64,000 nucleotides of DNA, from positions 1 through 64,000 of IMG/VR virus record IMGVR_UViG_3300007276_000038; one strand, 5' to 3'. This stretch comes from a virus. Below, piece by piece: positions 17,740 through 27,980 of the stretch. The first letter of the stretch is position 1; each line of letters starts with the position of its first letter. The position numbers were made by a program, and so were the translations under genes. The notes beneath the pieces were generated by a model. That model searched no databases, was not told the DNA's origin, and was given only the letters and a program-made list of their open reading frames with translations.

Positions 17740-19886
17740 GGCTTATAGGTCCAATTCTTAATATCCACAAAATCATAAGATAAGTTCCTACCTAGGTATC
17801 GAGGGTTTTCCGGATCAGAGAATTTGATATAATTGTTTAATAGCATTTCAGGCATATAATCAGTACTGTATGCTAGTTTTATTAACAGTGCTTTATTATA
17901 TTCTAATTTAGGTTTTAATATTTCATACATGTCATTGCATTCTTTGGGTGTCATCTTGCTAATCTTTTTAACTTCCATGGCTACGCCGACGGCTCTTAAA
18001 TTATCATCTTTTTCTTCGTCAAACGAATAATCAAAAAGCTCATCATATAGTTTAAATCCATAGTGCGTTAATGCATCTTTACTAAAACACGGAGAACCTA
18101 ATACTATAAACGGCTTTTTCATGAATAATGCCTGAGCCGTTTTTTCAGTAATGACGGGAACTTCTGTAGTTGACTCAGTAATTATATCAACAAAACTAGT
18201 ATAATATTGATCCGGCAAGTTAAACGAGTCTTTGTGATTTTCGAAATCATCACCTATAGTTCTAATCTTGTCATCGTACCACCTGAATTCATAGAGTGAG
18301 GCTGCATGGTTGTGCCAACTCACCAATCCGTTAGGGTGATCAACTAATCCGTACTTTGCAAGCATATCTATAAGCATACATCTATGCTGATGCGGCTGCA
18401 TGTTTAAATTTATATAGTTGTGCGAAAAATCCTTAGTAATGTTTTCTGTGTTCTTGAAATTATTTGTAATGTTTTCTCGTTCGTACTCAATAGTTCTAAG
18501 CATAAAATAAGTCGGCCAGGCTTGTGTATTATGTTTGCGTACACCCTGCATAGTTACTTGCTCACTTAGCCACTTCGAATCACAAGAAAGCCAACAACTG
18601 TTTAACTCTATATTATTATTATTAACAGCGTCAACCATAGGTTTTGGTATTATAGGACACCACTCTGTGTACCCGAAGTAGTAGACCTTAGGTATTTTCA
18701 TGTACTCAGCAGCTTGTTCTATTATTTCTCCTGCATATATGTCGTTGTTTAAATCAAAAGAAAGGTGTGTCGGATAAATTCCTTTTTCTACTTTTTTATA
18801 AAATATCCTTGCGTCGCGTTGCTCTGTGAAACGCGGCCAGGTTCGAGTGTAGCAGTAAATTCTATCTAGCACTGCCTCAGGAAAATTAGCAGCATTAAGA
18901 GATTCTTGTGCTATATTGTAGTTATGATCTAATTTAGGTTTTAGAATATCAAACCATTCTTCTAATTTATCTCGATTATCCACAACATTTTGAATATTTT
19001 TTGTTATAAGTTCTACACGCTTACCTATATCCGGTTCGCTGTCAAACGAGTAATCAAATATTTCATCGTACAACACAAATCCTTTTTCTTGAAGCCTACG
19101 GTAATGACCCTCAGTACCTAGAATTAAAAAAGGGCGTTTAAGAAATATAGGCATCGCGGTCTTTTCAGACAAGACAGTAGAGATGACATCGCTTTCTGTT
19201 ACTACATGCAAAAATGAAGACATAAATTCTTCATCGACTGAGTAAGGGTGGCATCGGTGCCAGCTATCATTATTAACATAATGATCGTTGTGTATTGGAA
19301 CACCGTTATAATGTTTGAATTCATAATTTGCATCTCCCCCCTCATTCCAAATATCATAATGATATGTTACATTACCTCGGTCTATTAGCTTGTGTTTGGC
19401 TAGCTCGTCTATTAATAAATTCCTATGTAGCTTTGGTTTATGCATATAACATAGATAAGAACTACTAAATTTTCCTTGGTCTACCCGTTCAGTCTGGTAA
19501 AAAGAATCAAGGTCAGGTAGTTCTAGTTCACTAACAGTGTGCAGTAAATAGTAATCCCACCAAGCTACAACTGTAACTAATTCTTTTGGCATTGCGTTGC
19601 CCCAGATGCTATTGACTTTTTCTTCTAACTGCTCCTGGTCAAACATACATGTTATAATAGTAGTTCTAATTTTATATGTTTCTATTAACTCCCTGACTGC
19701 TGGGGTAAGATGCGTTTCGTCTATACTAAATTCTGCCTGCCAATTAAAATTCACAGTGATGGCCGACCAATGTTCATTGGGGTTACCCCATTCGTTGAAT
19801 TCCTCTAAAGCTTCTCGAATAAGTTCATATACATTTTCTTCGTCATTCCAAGCGCAAATAGATACTACCATTTTTGTATTCTCCAA
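17736..19886 (-). CDS. Putative glycosyltransferase with two tandem 'TES...EKT' (GT10-like) domains
   Basis: Two copies of SF..(V/I)TES...(S/T)EKT...K.PF...GF.LYDE.FDYSFD. Confidence 0.6.
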   Translation of the reverse strand: MENTKMVVSICAWNDEENVYELIREALEEFNEWGNPNEHWSAITVNFNWQAEFSIDETHLTPAVRELIETYKIRTTIITCMFDQEQLEEKVNSIWGNAMPKELVTVVAWWDYYLLHTVSELELPDLDSFYQTERVDQGKFSSSYLCYMHKPKLHRNLLIDELAKHKLIDRGNVTYHYDIWNEGGDANYEFKHYNGVPIHNDHYVNNDSWHRCHPYSVDEEFMSSFLHVVTESDVISTVLSEKTAMPIFLKRPFLILGTEGHYRRLQEKGFVLYDEIFDYSFDSEPDIGKRVELITKNIQNVVDNRDKLEEWFDILKPKLDHNYNIAQESLNAANFPEAVLDRIYCYTRTWPRFTEQRDARIFYKKVEKGIYPTHLSFDLNNDIYAGEIIEQAAEYMKIPKVYYFGYTEWCPIIPKPMVDAVNNNNIELNSCWLSCDSKWLSEQVTMQGVRKHNTQAWPTYFMLRTIEYERENITNNFKNTENITKDFSHNYINLNMQPHQHRCMLIDMLAKYGLVDHPNGLVSWHNHAASLYEFRWYDDKIRTIGDDFENHKDSFNLPDQYYTSFVDIITESTTEVPVITEKTAQALFMKKPFIVLGSPCFSKDALTHYGFKLYDELFDYSFDEEKDDNLRAVGVAMEVKKISKMTPKECNDMYEILKPKLEYNKALLIKLAYSTDYMPEMLLNNYIKFSDPENPRYLGRNLSYDFVDIKNWTYKP

Positions 19887-20914
19887 TCAGTGAAAATTTG
19901 TGCATCTTCTTCTTCGTTTGCTTGCGGGAAAGGGAGCGCAAAATCATTTAACCTTTCTAACATCGGTAATGGCACGTTTGGTTTTTCTTTAACTAATTGC
20001 CAGGCCAGTTCCTCGTTAAAATCTAACTTGCTTTTTATCTTGTTAAACATAGCAACAAGATGATCTTTGTTGTCAACAATCTGAATAATGTTGTCGGTGT
20101 ACATTTGTGTACGTTGTTCTATATCATCGACCACATCAAAACTATAATCAAATAGCTCGGTGTATAGTTTAAACCCTAGGTTCTCAAGCTCACTGTGGAA
20201 TCCTACTGAGCCTAATACTAAAAAAGGGCGCTTAGCGAATATAGGTGTTGCTGTTTTCTCAGTAATCCCTGTGTATTCTCCGCAATCGCTTTCTGTAACG
20301 CAATGCATAAAGCTAGTCATAAATTCTAGATCAAAGTTCCAAGACGTGAAACCATTTTCGTAACCGTTATCTCTAGTTATTGGCTTTCCGTCATAGTAGT
20401 TAAACGTAGTTTTTTCGTCGAGTGTGGACCACACATCATGCCAGTAAGTTACAATTCCTTTACTAATTAAGTCATACTCAGCAAGTTTATCTATCAATAA
20501 ATTCCTATGTAGCTTTGGTTTATGCATATAGCACAAAAATGGATGATCAAATACTGCGCTGTCTTTTTCTTTTAGGTAAGTGTTGTTTCGAAGCTTTGCT
20601 TCACTTCTTAAAAAATAATAATCCCACCATGGGTATACTAGTATATTTTTGGGTAGTTTGTTATTAAATTGCGTAGCGATATATTTCTCTAGGCCTTTAT
20701 GCGTTGCCATAAACGTAGTTACTTTTACAAGTATGTTGTCAGGATTGTCTAGTATAAGGTTACACATCAACTCAGAAAAATGCACTGCGTACTCAAGTTG
20801 ATGCAAGTAATAAACGTTGACGCTATCGTCGTTGCTAAGTATTTCCTGGATCTGTTGTTCTACCGGAACATCAGGTTCTTGCCATGCCCACAAATAAATA
20901 TTTCTAGTTGCCAT
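19865..20914 (-). CDS. Putative glycosyltransferase, 'TES...EKT' (GT10-like) family
   Basis: HRNLL, SFMHCVTES, ITEKT, KRPF, GFKLY, FDYSFD. Confidence 0.6.
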   Translation of the reverse strand: MATRNIYLWAWQEPDVPVEQQIQEILSNDDSVNVYYLHQLEYAVHFSELMCNLILDNPDNILVKVTTFMATHKGLEKYIATQFNNKLPKNILVYPWWDYYFLRSEAKLRNNTYLKEKDSAVFDHPFLCYMHKPKLHRNLLIDKLAEYDLISKGIVTYWHDVWSTLDEKTTFNYYDGKPITRDNGYENGFTSWNFDLEFMTSFMHCVTESDCGEYTGITEKTATPIFAKRPFLVLGSVGFHSELENLGFKLYTELFDYSFDVVDDIEQRTQMYTDNIIQIVDNKDHLVAMFNKIKSKLDFNEELAWQLVKEKPNVPLPMLERLNDFALPFPQANEEEDAQIFTDWRIQKW

Positions 20915-22836
20915 TACAGTTTAGTAATCCAGGCTTTGCCGAAGTTTTTCCTACGATCAAAAAAGATTTTCTCACAAAACGTTTCTAAACTCATTGTTTT
21001 ATCTTCCGGGAAGTTAAACTCAAACTTAGTTTTTACGTTTAAATCGCCACTGTCTTGAATGTACCCTAATATGTCGTACTCATATTCTTCACGTATAGGA
21101 TACTCGTTGACACGCGCAAAGTCAACTACAAAGTTACGTTGAAAACTTAATAGCTCCTTTCTTATGTCGGGATCTATTTCACTGTACTCAGTGTTAATAA
21201 ACTTAGCAATATAATCACTAACATGACCTGTCATTGATTCACTGTGTAGACGTATAGTAGTGCTGTGTATCAAGTTCCAGCCATGTATCTCCATGCCTGA
21301 TATCGGAGGGTGGTTAATAGCACCCTTTGTTAACCAGTTAGTGTAAAACTTACTAATACGATCTATTTCGCTTAGCAGCCATTCGTCTTTTTTAATAAAT
21401 TCATAAAGTTTTTCGTAAAAATCTTCATACGATTCGCCTGCGTATCTCTTTAAGAATCTAGACAAGTAGTTAGTTAGCCCGTTAATATGGAATGTAATCT
21501 GAAACCAGGAAAACAACTGTGCGTTAAGCATTTCGTGTATAGGTAAGTCTAGTGTACTATTGACTACTTCGACACCTTCTTGCAGCTCGTGTGTGTTATA
21601 ACTGCCTACTAGATAATCGTATACCATACTGCCTTTAATATTATATAAGTTGCGCTGGGTTAAGTTCATTTCAGCGTTCTCTAATAGCTGTGCTTGATAT
21701 ACAGTTATGCCCGTGTGGTTTCCAGCTTCGTATAGTCCGTAAAAATTCTTACGCCATGACTCTGGTGTTTCGCCAGGCAAGCCAAGAATAAGTTCTGTGT
21801 ATAAAGGAATGTTATTAACCTCACAAGCGTCGAATACTTCCTCTACTTTATTCATTGCTAAGTTCTTTCTCTTAATAATCTCTAAGGTGCGCTCATCTAG
21901 CGTCTGCACACTTAAATTAAGTCCTAGTGTGCTGCCACCTTCTATCATTAGTTTCTTAACGATTTCAATTACTTCAGCCTTTTGATTCTTTGCCCACGAT
22001 ATCGTATAGCTTTTGGGATTATCGTATTCTTTTTGTACTTGTACCAACTTGTCAGCAATAGCTAAATCACGCTCAGGAAATATACCAAAGTTAGCGTCTG
22101 TTATACTTACAAAGTCTAGTTGGTTCTTGCCTATCCATTCTAGTTCTGCGTACACACGCTCTAATTTAAACTTCTTTACTTTAGCATAAGTTAAGCTACC
22201 CCAGTCGCAAAATGTGCAAGCATAAGGGCAGCCTCTATTTGTTTCTAGTGTAGCAGTCCAACTTACTTCAGGAAACTCTACTAATAAGTTATCAAACAAG
22301 CCTGTTAAGTATGGACTGGGGATTATATCGACGTCTTTAATTCTAACTGCGTTGCCGGTATCTATGGTCTTGCCGTTACGATTAATTAGTATGCCTGGAA
22401 TATCAGAAAATTCTTTAGTGTCATATGACTCAAGTATACTCTGGAATGTTACTTCGCCTTCTGTCTTAACACATATATCTACATAAGGGAATCGTTCAAA
22501 GAAATCGTAATCCTCAATAGGCGGCTGTGGGCCTCCGAATACTATTAATACATCGGGATTAACTTTCTTTAACTCTCTAGCTAGCACATTATTATAACTG
22601 TTATTCCAGAGGTATGTACTAAACCCTACTACGCTATCGTTCTTTAACTTTTCTACAGTGTCTTGAATATTATCTCTGCGCCAAATGAATGTGTTTAAAT
22701 CAAATTGCTTATCTACTTGTTCGGACGTTTTTGCATAAGCCCACAGTATTGCTGCACTATAAGGCAAGTAATATGCATTAAGTGCCTTAGGCCCTTGTTG
22801 AAAATTAGGGTTAACAAAGCTAATTGTCTTTTTCAT
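20914..22836 (-). CDS. Cobalamin-binding-domain radical SAM enzyme (class B-like)
   Basis: ETNRGCPYACTFCDWG, VFGGP, EGE, DANFG, ILGLPGET. Confidence 0.9.
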   Translation of the reverse strand: MKKTISFVNPNFQQGPKALNAYYLPYSAAILWAYAKTSEQVDKQFDLNTFIWRRDNIQDTVEKLKNDSVVGFSTYLWNNSYNNVLARELKKVNPDVLIVFGGPQPPIEDYDFFERFPYVDICVKTEGEVTFQSILESYDTKEFSDIPGILINRNGKTIDTGNAVRIKDVDIIPSPYLTGLFDNLLVEFPEVSWTATLETNRGCPYACTFCDWGSLTYAKVKKFKLERVYAELEWIGKNQLDFVSITDANFGIFPERDLAIADKLVQVQKEYDNPKSYTISWAKNQKAEVIEIVKKLMIEGGSTLGLNLSVQTLDERTLEIIKRKNLAMNKVEEVFDACEVNNIPLYTELILGLPGETPESWRKNFYGLYEAGNHTGITVYQAQLLENAEMNLTQRNLYNIKGSMVYDYLVGSYNTHELQEGVEVVNSTLDLPIHEMLNAQLFSWFQITFHINGLTNYLSRFLKRYAGESYEDFYEKLYEFIKKDEWLLSEIDRISKFYTNWLTKGAINHPPISGMEIHGWNLIHSTTIRLHSESMTGHVSDYIAKFINTEYSEIDPDIRKELLSFQRNFVVDFARVNEYPIREEYEYDILGYIQDSGDLNVKTKFEFNFPEDKTMSLETFCEKIFFDRRKNFGKAWITKL

Positions 22837-24185
22837 TATGTGTAATATCTCATGTAAACATCTTCAACAACTTGTCGTAACCTATTGTATGTTTCTATTG
22901 CATAGTTCGAATAAAAGTTAGTACTTTCATCATTACGGGATAATTCAACGACTCGATCTTTATTGTGCTTTAACACATCTCTACTTTTATATAGATGTTC
23001 TAATTGTTCTTCTCTAGTTAAATTACACCATCGGAGTAGCTCTTGGTGTGCTGCCTTGAACCTGTGCGTATGGTCTTGGATATCGTCGTACCAATTATTT
23101 ATCATTGTCCAATCCGTGCGGAATCCAAAATCTCTCATTGACTGCACTGCACCAGAACCATTAAGTGTTATAACAGGATGCCCACTTAATAATGCTTTGT
23201 ATGTTTTTTCTGTAATAAACGATCCTTGCTGATTAAATTCGCTTTCCGTAACAAAACTTAATAGTGCGTTACTATAAAGATCTGTGTTAAAATTATAGTC
23301 ATGTGTGTCAGCTGGGTTAGAACCGTCGAATGTAAGTTTATCAGCAATCAATGGCAATTTTTTATTGAGTACTTTACTAAGTTCAAGGTCATCTATATCA
23401 CCTGACCAGCGTGAAATGAAAGTCTTTAGTATGTTTGATTCTGGTTCATTTCTATGCCAATGTCCAGAAATAAGTCCTTTTTTATCCAAGTCGTTCTGTA
23501 ACAAAAAATACAAGTGCTCTAATCTATGCTGCTTTACTGTATAGTTTAAGCTCATAAAATCCTTAGAATTTTTATTAGCTATTGCGTTGTCTACTAGTAA
23601 GTCTGGCATACTATCAATAACTTCTTTAGGAAATGTATTATCGAGATAGGTATGATGGATAGTTAGCATAGGTTCTATGTTATTATTTGCACACCAATTA
23701 TGATATAGTTGTCTCGAGTCAGTGTGTCCTGTTGATATTATAATCGAGTATGGAGGTAGATTCATAAATTCCATGGTATCATGCATTTGGTGAAATGCCC
23801 CGCCAAGCATTGCTTCGCCTTCAGTCTGGTTACACAAAACTAAAATTACCGTCCTTTCTCGCATCGCTTGCAGAATGTTTTGGTGTACAAATGTCAAGCA
23901 ATTGGGTATAGGACTAGTATGCCCAGTCCACCAGTTGCTAGTATTACGTAAACTAACAAAGTATATGCCTGGATCAACGATGTCTTGATCTTGCCAATAG
24001 CTAGGAATAAAGCCAGCAGATTTTAAATCAGTTTGGACAAACGTGTGATTGAAGGCAAGGAAGTCAGGCCCGTTAGCGAAACTAGCCCAATATTGTATAG
24101 CAGGGTCTTGATTATCTAGGTTAGAAAGGTTGCCATATGTACTGTCATCTAGATATGCTTTTAACCTAATTGGCCGTTTATCCAT
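22836..24185 (-). CDS. Putative glycosyltransferase, 'TES...EKT' (GT10-like) family
   Basis: HR, LSFVTES, FITEKT, GHP, GF motifs. Confidence 0.55.
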   Translation of the reverse strand: MDKRPIRLKAYLDDSTYGNLSNLDNQDPAIQYWASFANGPDFLAFNHTFVQTDLKSAGFIPSYWQDQDIVDPGIYFVSLRNTSNWWTGHTSPIPNCLTFVHQNILQAMRERTVILVLCNQTEGEAMLGGAFHQMHDTMEFMNLPPYSIIISTGHTDSRQLYHNWCANNNIEPMLTIHHTYLDNTFPKEVIDSMPDLLVDNAIANKNSKDFMSLNYTVKQHRLEHLYFLLQNDLDKKGLISGHWHRNEPESNILKTFISRWSGDIDDLELSKVLNKKLPLIADKLTFDGSNPADTHDYNFNTDLYSNALLSFVTESEFNQQGSFITEKTYKALLSGHPVITLNGSGAVQSMRDFGFRTDWTMINNWYDDIQDHTHRFKAAHQELLRWCNLTREEQLEHLYKSRDVLKHNKDRVVELSRNDESTNFYSNYAIETYNRLRQVVEDVYMRYYT

Positions 24186-25126
24186 GTGTACGTTTTCCTT
24201 AGGCCTGATTCTAGGTCCTCATCCGGAGTCCAATTAGTTACTTTCTCAATGAGTGCGTTGTCACTTGTTCGTCCCATAACTCCAACCGGTCCGGGGATAT
24301 TTCTAATACTAATTTCTTTATTTGCAATGCTAGCAATCAATAATGCTAAGTCATTCATAGCTATCATTGTTGAGCTACCTAAATTCACCGGCTTGTTATA
24401 GTCTGAAGCCATAATATGATGTATGCCTTTAATAGCTTCGTCTATGTATAAAAAGCTACGGGTCTGATTACCTGGTCCCCACACTTCAACCACATTGTTG
24501 TTTTCGGGCGATGCTTCGGCAACTTTACGACATAAGGCAGCCGGTGCTTTTTCTTTTCCGTTATCCCAAGAGCCGCACGGCCCAAATACATTGTGTAGTC
24601 TAGCAATCCTAACACGAAGATTATAGTTACGACTATAGCTTGCATACAATCGTTCACTGAACAGTTTCTCCCAGCCATATTCGCTGTCTGGCATTGCAGG
24701 ATATACTGAATACTCTGCACAAAGCGGGCTTTCGGGATCTACTTGATTAAACTCGGGATATGCACATGCACTAGAACTATAAAATACATCTGTAACATTA
24801 TGCGCCACCATGCTGTTTAATATATTAATATTTATAGCTGCACTGTTACTCATAATGTTAGCATCATTTTCTCCAGTAAATATATAACCTGCGCCGCCCA
24901 TGTCGGCAGCTAACTGGTATATCTCATCTATTTCCATTGACACTAATTCATCAACTAACACAGCGTTAGTTAAATCATAACAGAAAAACTTGTCTGCGCC
25001 TGTTGTTTCGTATCGGGGTGTAGTAACATCGGCACCGATTACATAGTGCCCTTGTTCTTTTAAACTAGTAACTAGCTTAGAGCCAATGAACCCACCTGCC
25101 CCACATACTAAGATTCTTTTACTCAT
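24161..25126 (-). CDS. GDP-mannose 3,5-epimerase-like extended SDR
   Basis: GAGGFIG, LAADMGGAGYI, SSACAYP, YGWEK, EKAPAALCRK, all characteristic of the GME subfamily. Confidence 0.88.
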   Translation of the reverse strand: MSKRILVCGAGGFIGSKLVTSLKEQGHYVIGADVTTPRYETTGADKFFCYDLTNAVLVDELVSMEIDEIYQLAADMGGAGYIFTGENDANIMSNSAAININILNSMVAHNVTDVFYSSSACAYPEFNQVDPESPLCAEYSVYPAMPDSEYGWEKLFSERLYASYSRNYNLRVRIARLHNVFGPCGSWDNGKEKAPAALCRKVAEASPENNNVVEVWGPGNQTRSFLYIDEAIKGIHHIMASDYNKPVNLGSSTMIAMNDLALLIASIANKEISIRNIPGPVGVMGRTSDNALIEKVTNWTPDEDLESGLRKTYTWINGQLG

Positions 25127-26463
25127 AATAGTTTTTTATTAACCACAATGTCATATACTTCCCCGTACGCTCTTGACCAGGGGTTGTCTATAAATATTCT
25201 ATAATTGTGATTTAATGTCTCCTTAACATCGTTGCGAAATTGTTTTATTTTTTCTTGATCCCATGTTGCAATGTCTCTACAAATATTCACAATAGCGTCC
25301 ATTCTATCATTGTGATCGATTATGTCATCGTATCCTTCATCCCACCATGTGTCAAACGTTTTGTAACCAAACTCTTTAAGTCGGGCTAATGTGCCTTGTG
25401 TAGCTACTAAAATAAATGGATGCTTATACTTTATCGGCTTAATGCACTTTTCTGTTAGCGCCATAACATTAGTATGAAAAGATGTTTCAGTACATACACT
25501 TACTAGTGAGTCTTGGTAAAACGGAGTCATGTCAGAGTCACCGTCATAAATAGGGTCTGGTACTTGGTTTAGATTGTCTATATTCAACGGAAACGAATCG
25601 TACAATTTATCTAGGTCTCTATGGGTTAGCCCGTGTGCTTGGATCATATCCATGTTAATGTTGCCTTTAATGTTACCATTTTCGTCGTGTTCTTGAAGGC
25701 TAAACAAGCTGTGTTCCAGTAAATTATACTTTGCAAACATAGTAGCTAGCACTATTCTATGCATACGGCTACGCTTATTAAAGCACAAAAACAAATGTGA
25801 AGGTTCAATATCGAGTCTATACAAAGGTTCAGGCTGTTTTTGTAAATATGCATCACTAGCAAAGTTTTGTGTACTAGGAAAATGCTGTACTAAATGCATT
25901 CTATCCTCAGGAAGAATACCGTTACGCATAACGTATTCACTGTAAATTTTCTGCGTATTGCCTGTTCCCGTAACATAAATTACTTTATTCATGGGCAAAT
26001 TATGGTAGCGACAAAACTCCCTAATATAGTTTAAGTGATTGTCCCAAACAAATGCTTCTAATGCATGATCAATTACTAAGTAACCATTACCGCCTCTAAT
26101 TAAATCAAGGGTCTGATTTACTGTATTACTTTCAGAAATAATATCGTGTGGCGGCTTGAAATTACAGTCAAATCCGTTTTGGTGGCCCAATACAAATAAT
26201 AAAATAAACTTATCTTTCGCTCTTAATTCGTTGCAACCCAGTACTCTAAAATTGCTATCGTTATAAAAAGGACCGCTACTCTTTGTTATCAAGCCCCATC
26301 TATCATCCATTAAATTGTACTCGGTGTGCGGTATTTGTATGCCGGGAATTTTACTAGCTAAGGTTAAAAGATCAGGCGTAGTGCTGTTTGGCAATGGGCC
26401 AGTCGGACCTTGCCAATTAAATGCTATATAAACTTCTTCTAACGGTTCTGGTACTTCAATCAT
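25123..26463 (-). CDS. Putative glycosyltransferase, 'TET...EK' (GT10-like) family
   Basis: NKRSRMHR, SLVSVCTET, LTEKCIKPI, HPFI, GYKTF, WDEGYD. Confidence 0.58.
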   Translation of the reverse strand: MIEVPEPLEEVYIAFNWQGPTGPLPNSTTPDLLTLASKIPGIQIPHTEYNLMDDRWGLITKSSGPFYNDSNFRVLGCNELRAKDKFILLFVLGHQNGFDCNFKPPHDIISESNTVNQTLDLIRGGNGYLVIDHALEAFVWDNHLNYIREFCRYHNLPMNKVIYVTGTGNTQKIYSEYVMRNGILPEDRMHLVQHFPSTQNFASDAYLQKQPEPLYRLDIEPSHLFLCFNKRSRMHRIVLATMFAKYNLLEHSLFSLQEHDENGNIKGNINMDMIQAHGLTHRDLDKLYDSFPLNIDNLNQVPDPIYDGDSDMTPFYQDSLVSVCTETSFHTNVMALTEKCIKPIKYKHPFILVATQGTLARLKEFGYKTFDTWWDEGYDDIIDHNDRMDAIVNICRDIATWDQEKIKQFRNDVKETLNHNYRIFIDNPWSRAYGEVYDIVVNKKLL

Positions 26464-27980
26464 AATTCTTTCTCATTAAATAGCTCAGCCAGTTCCGGGA
26501 ACGTGCCTGCAAAATCAGTTCCTCGACGATCATCTATCTGTTTAGAGTATTGCTCTAAATTAGTTATAGCACGGTCTCGATCTTCATGACTAATAGTGGC
26601 GCGTTCGTTACGCATCCACTCTAAATTACGCTTAACTTTGTCTATTTCAAAATCATAAAACCCCACAAAGTTTCCTTCTTCGGGGTATGATTCCATAAAG
26701 TCGATTGCATCTTCTAAGTACACATCGAACTTCTCCGGCAATATATTAATACTTTGCCAACTTGGTGCGCGTAATAACGGAACATCAAACCATATGCGTT
26801 GTCGCGGATGCACAGTAAAATCTGGATGTGTATTGTACGGGTCAACGATTGGTATGTATGAAATGCCTTGCGCATCTGAACTATATGACTTTCTTAGCTC
26901 AAGTATATAGCGCAAAAAATCACTAAAGCGATTTAAACTCATAACATTAAATGTATTAATAAACGTTATGTTTGTATTACGTGTTCCTGCTAGTACCTCA
27001 TGCACGTTTCTTTGCAATATTTCATAATCTAAGCCTGTGCGTATATACTCAGCTTGTTTTCCTATAGTGTCAAGACTAACAAACAATGCGTTATGTTTTG
27101 TTGCCATGTTAACATACCAGTGGTTTCCTGAACCAGGATTAAAACGACTATGCTCCCATATTTGTATCTCTTCTAATTTCTTAAGTTTAGCTAAAAACTT
27201 TTCCCACAGTTCTTCTTTGGGTGGGCACAAATTAGTAGTAATGCTTAGTTCTAGCCATGCGTTAGGATTCTCATATATATAATCTAATACGCGATATGTG
27301 TTAACGTCCATTAACGGCTCGCCGCCTGTCATTCTAAATACTTCTAGTGTTTCGTATAGCTCTGGCCACCAGCGCCAAAATGCTTCTACATAAGGATTAT
27401 CTTTTTGTGCTACTTTCATGGGCATTAATCCATCACGCTCAAGATATTCTATAGCATTATGTTTCCCAGGGTTGCCAGACGCATCAATAATTTCTAGCGG
27501 ACCATGTTGTTTTATTTCTTCTTCCCACGTAGTACTGAGATGCGGGCTACAGTATACACACTTAAAATTACATGCTTGGTTAAAATTAACTTCAACATAA
27601 CGTGGATTCATTTTGCGTGTATCAGTGCTTGCTATAATATCTTTACGTGAATTCTGTGCCCAATACTCGCCTGAGCGGTATACTCTATCGCTGGTACCGC
27701 CTGAATCCTCAATCTTCCAACAGTAACTACAACCTTCAGGACGCTTTCCTTGTAACATTTGCTTTCTTTCTAACCACTTCTGATTAGTGTTGTGTAATGC
27801 ACTAGGATCATTTTCAAGTTGTCCTACACTAATTTTATGGGTGGGAGGATGATAACAACTTTGTGTCATGCCGTTTGTTAAGTGCATTGATACTTGTGCC
27901 CATTTAGCATAGCACATAGTCTCAGAGATATTGTCTAGTTGTTGCAGTGCGATATCACTAGCACTTTTATAATCACTCAT
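26460..27980 (-). CDS. Radical SAM enzyme with N-terminal Twitch/SPASM-like Cys cluster
   Basis: CYAKW, SCYH, GCSYCW, then CNFKCVYC, TGGEPL. Confidence 0.88.
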   Translation of the reverse strand: MSDYKSASDIALQQLDNISETMCYAKWAQVSMHLTNGMTQSCYHPPTHKISVGQLENDPSALHNTNQKWLERKQMLQGKRPEGCSYCWKIEDSGGTSDRVYRSGEYWAQNSRKDIIASTDTRKMNPRYVEVNFNQACNFKCVYCSPHLSTTWEEEIKQHGPLEIIDASGNPGKHNAIEYLERDGLMPMKVAQKDNPYVEAFWRWWPELYETLEVFRMTGGEPLMDVNTYRVLDYIYENPNAWLELSITTNLCPPKEELWEKFLAKLKKLEEIQIWEHSRFNPGSGNHWYVNMATKHNALFVSLDTIGKQAEYIRTGLDYEILQRNVHEVLAGTRNTNITFINTFNVMSLNRFSDFLRYILELRKSYSSDAQGISYIPIVDPYNTHPDFTVHPRQRIWFDVPLLRAPSWQSINILPEKFDVYLEDAIDFMESYPEEGNFVGFYDFEIDKVKRNLEWMRNERATISHEDRDRAITNLEQYSKQIDDRRGTDFAGTFPELAELFNEKEL

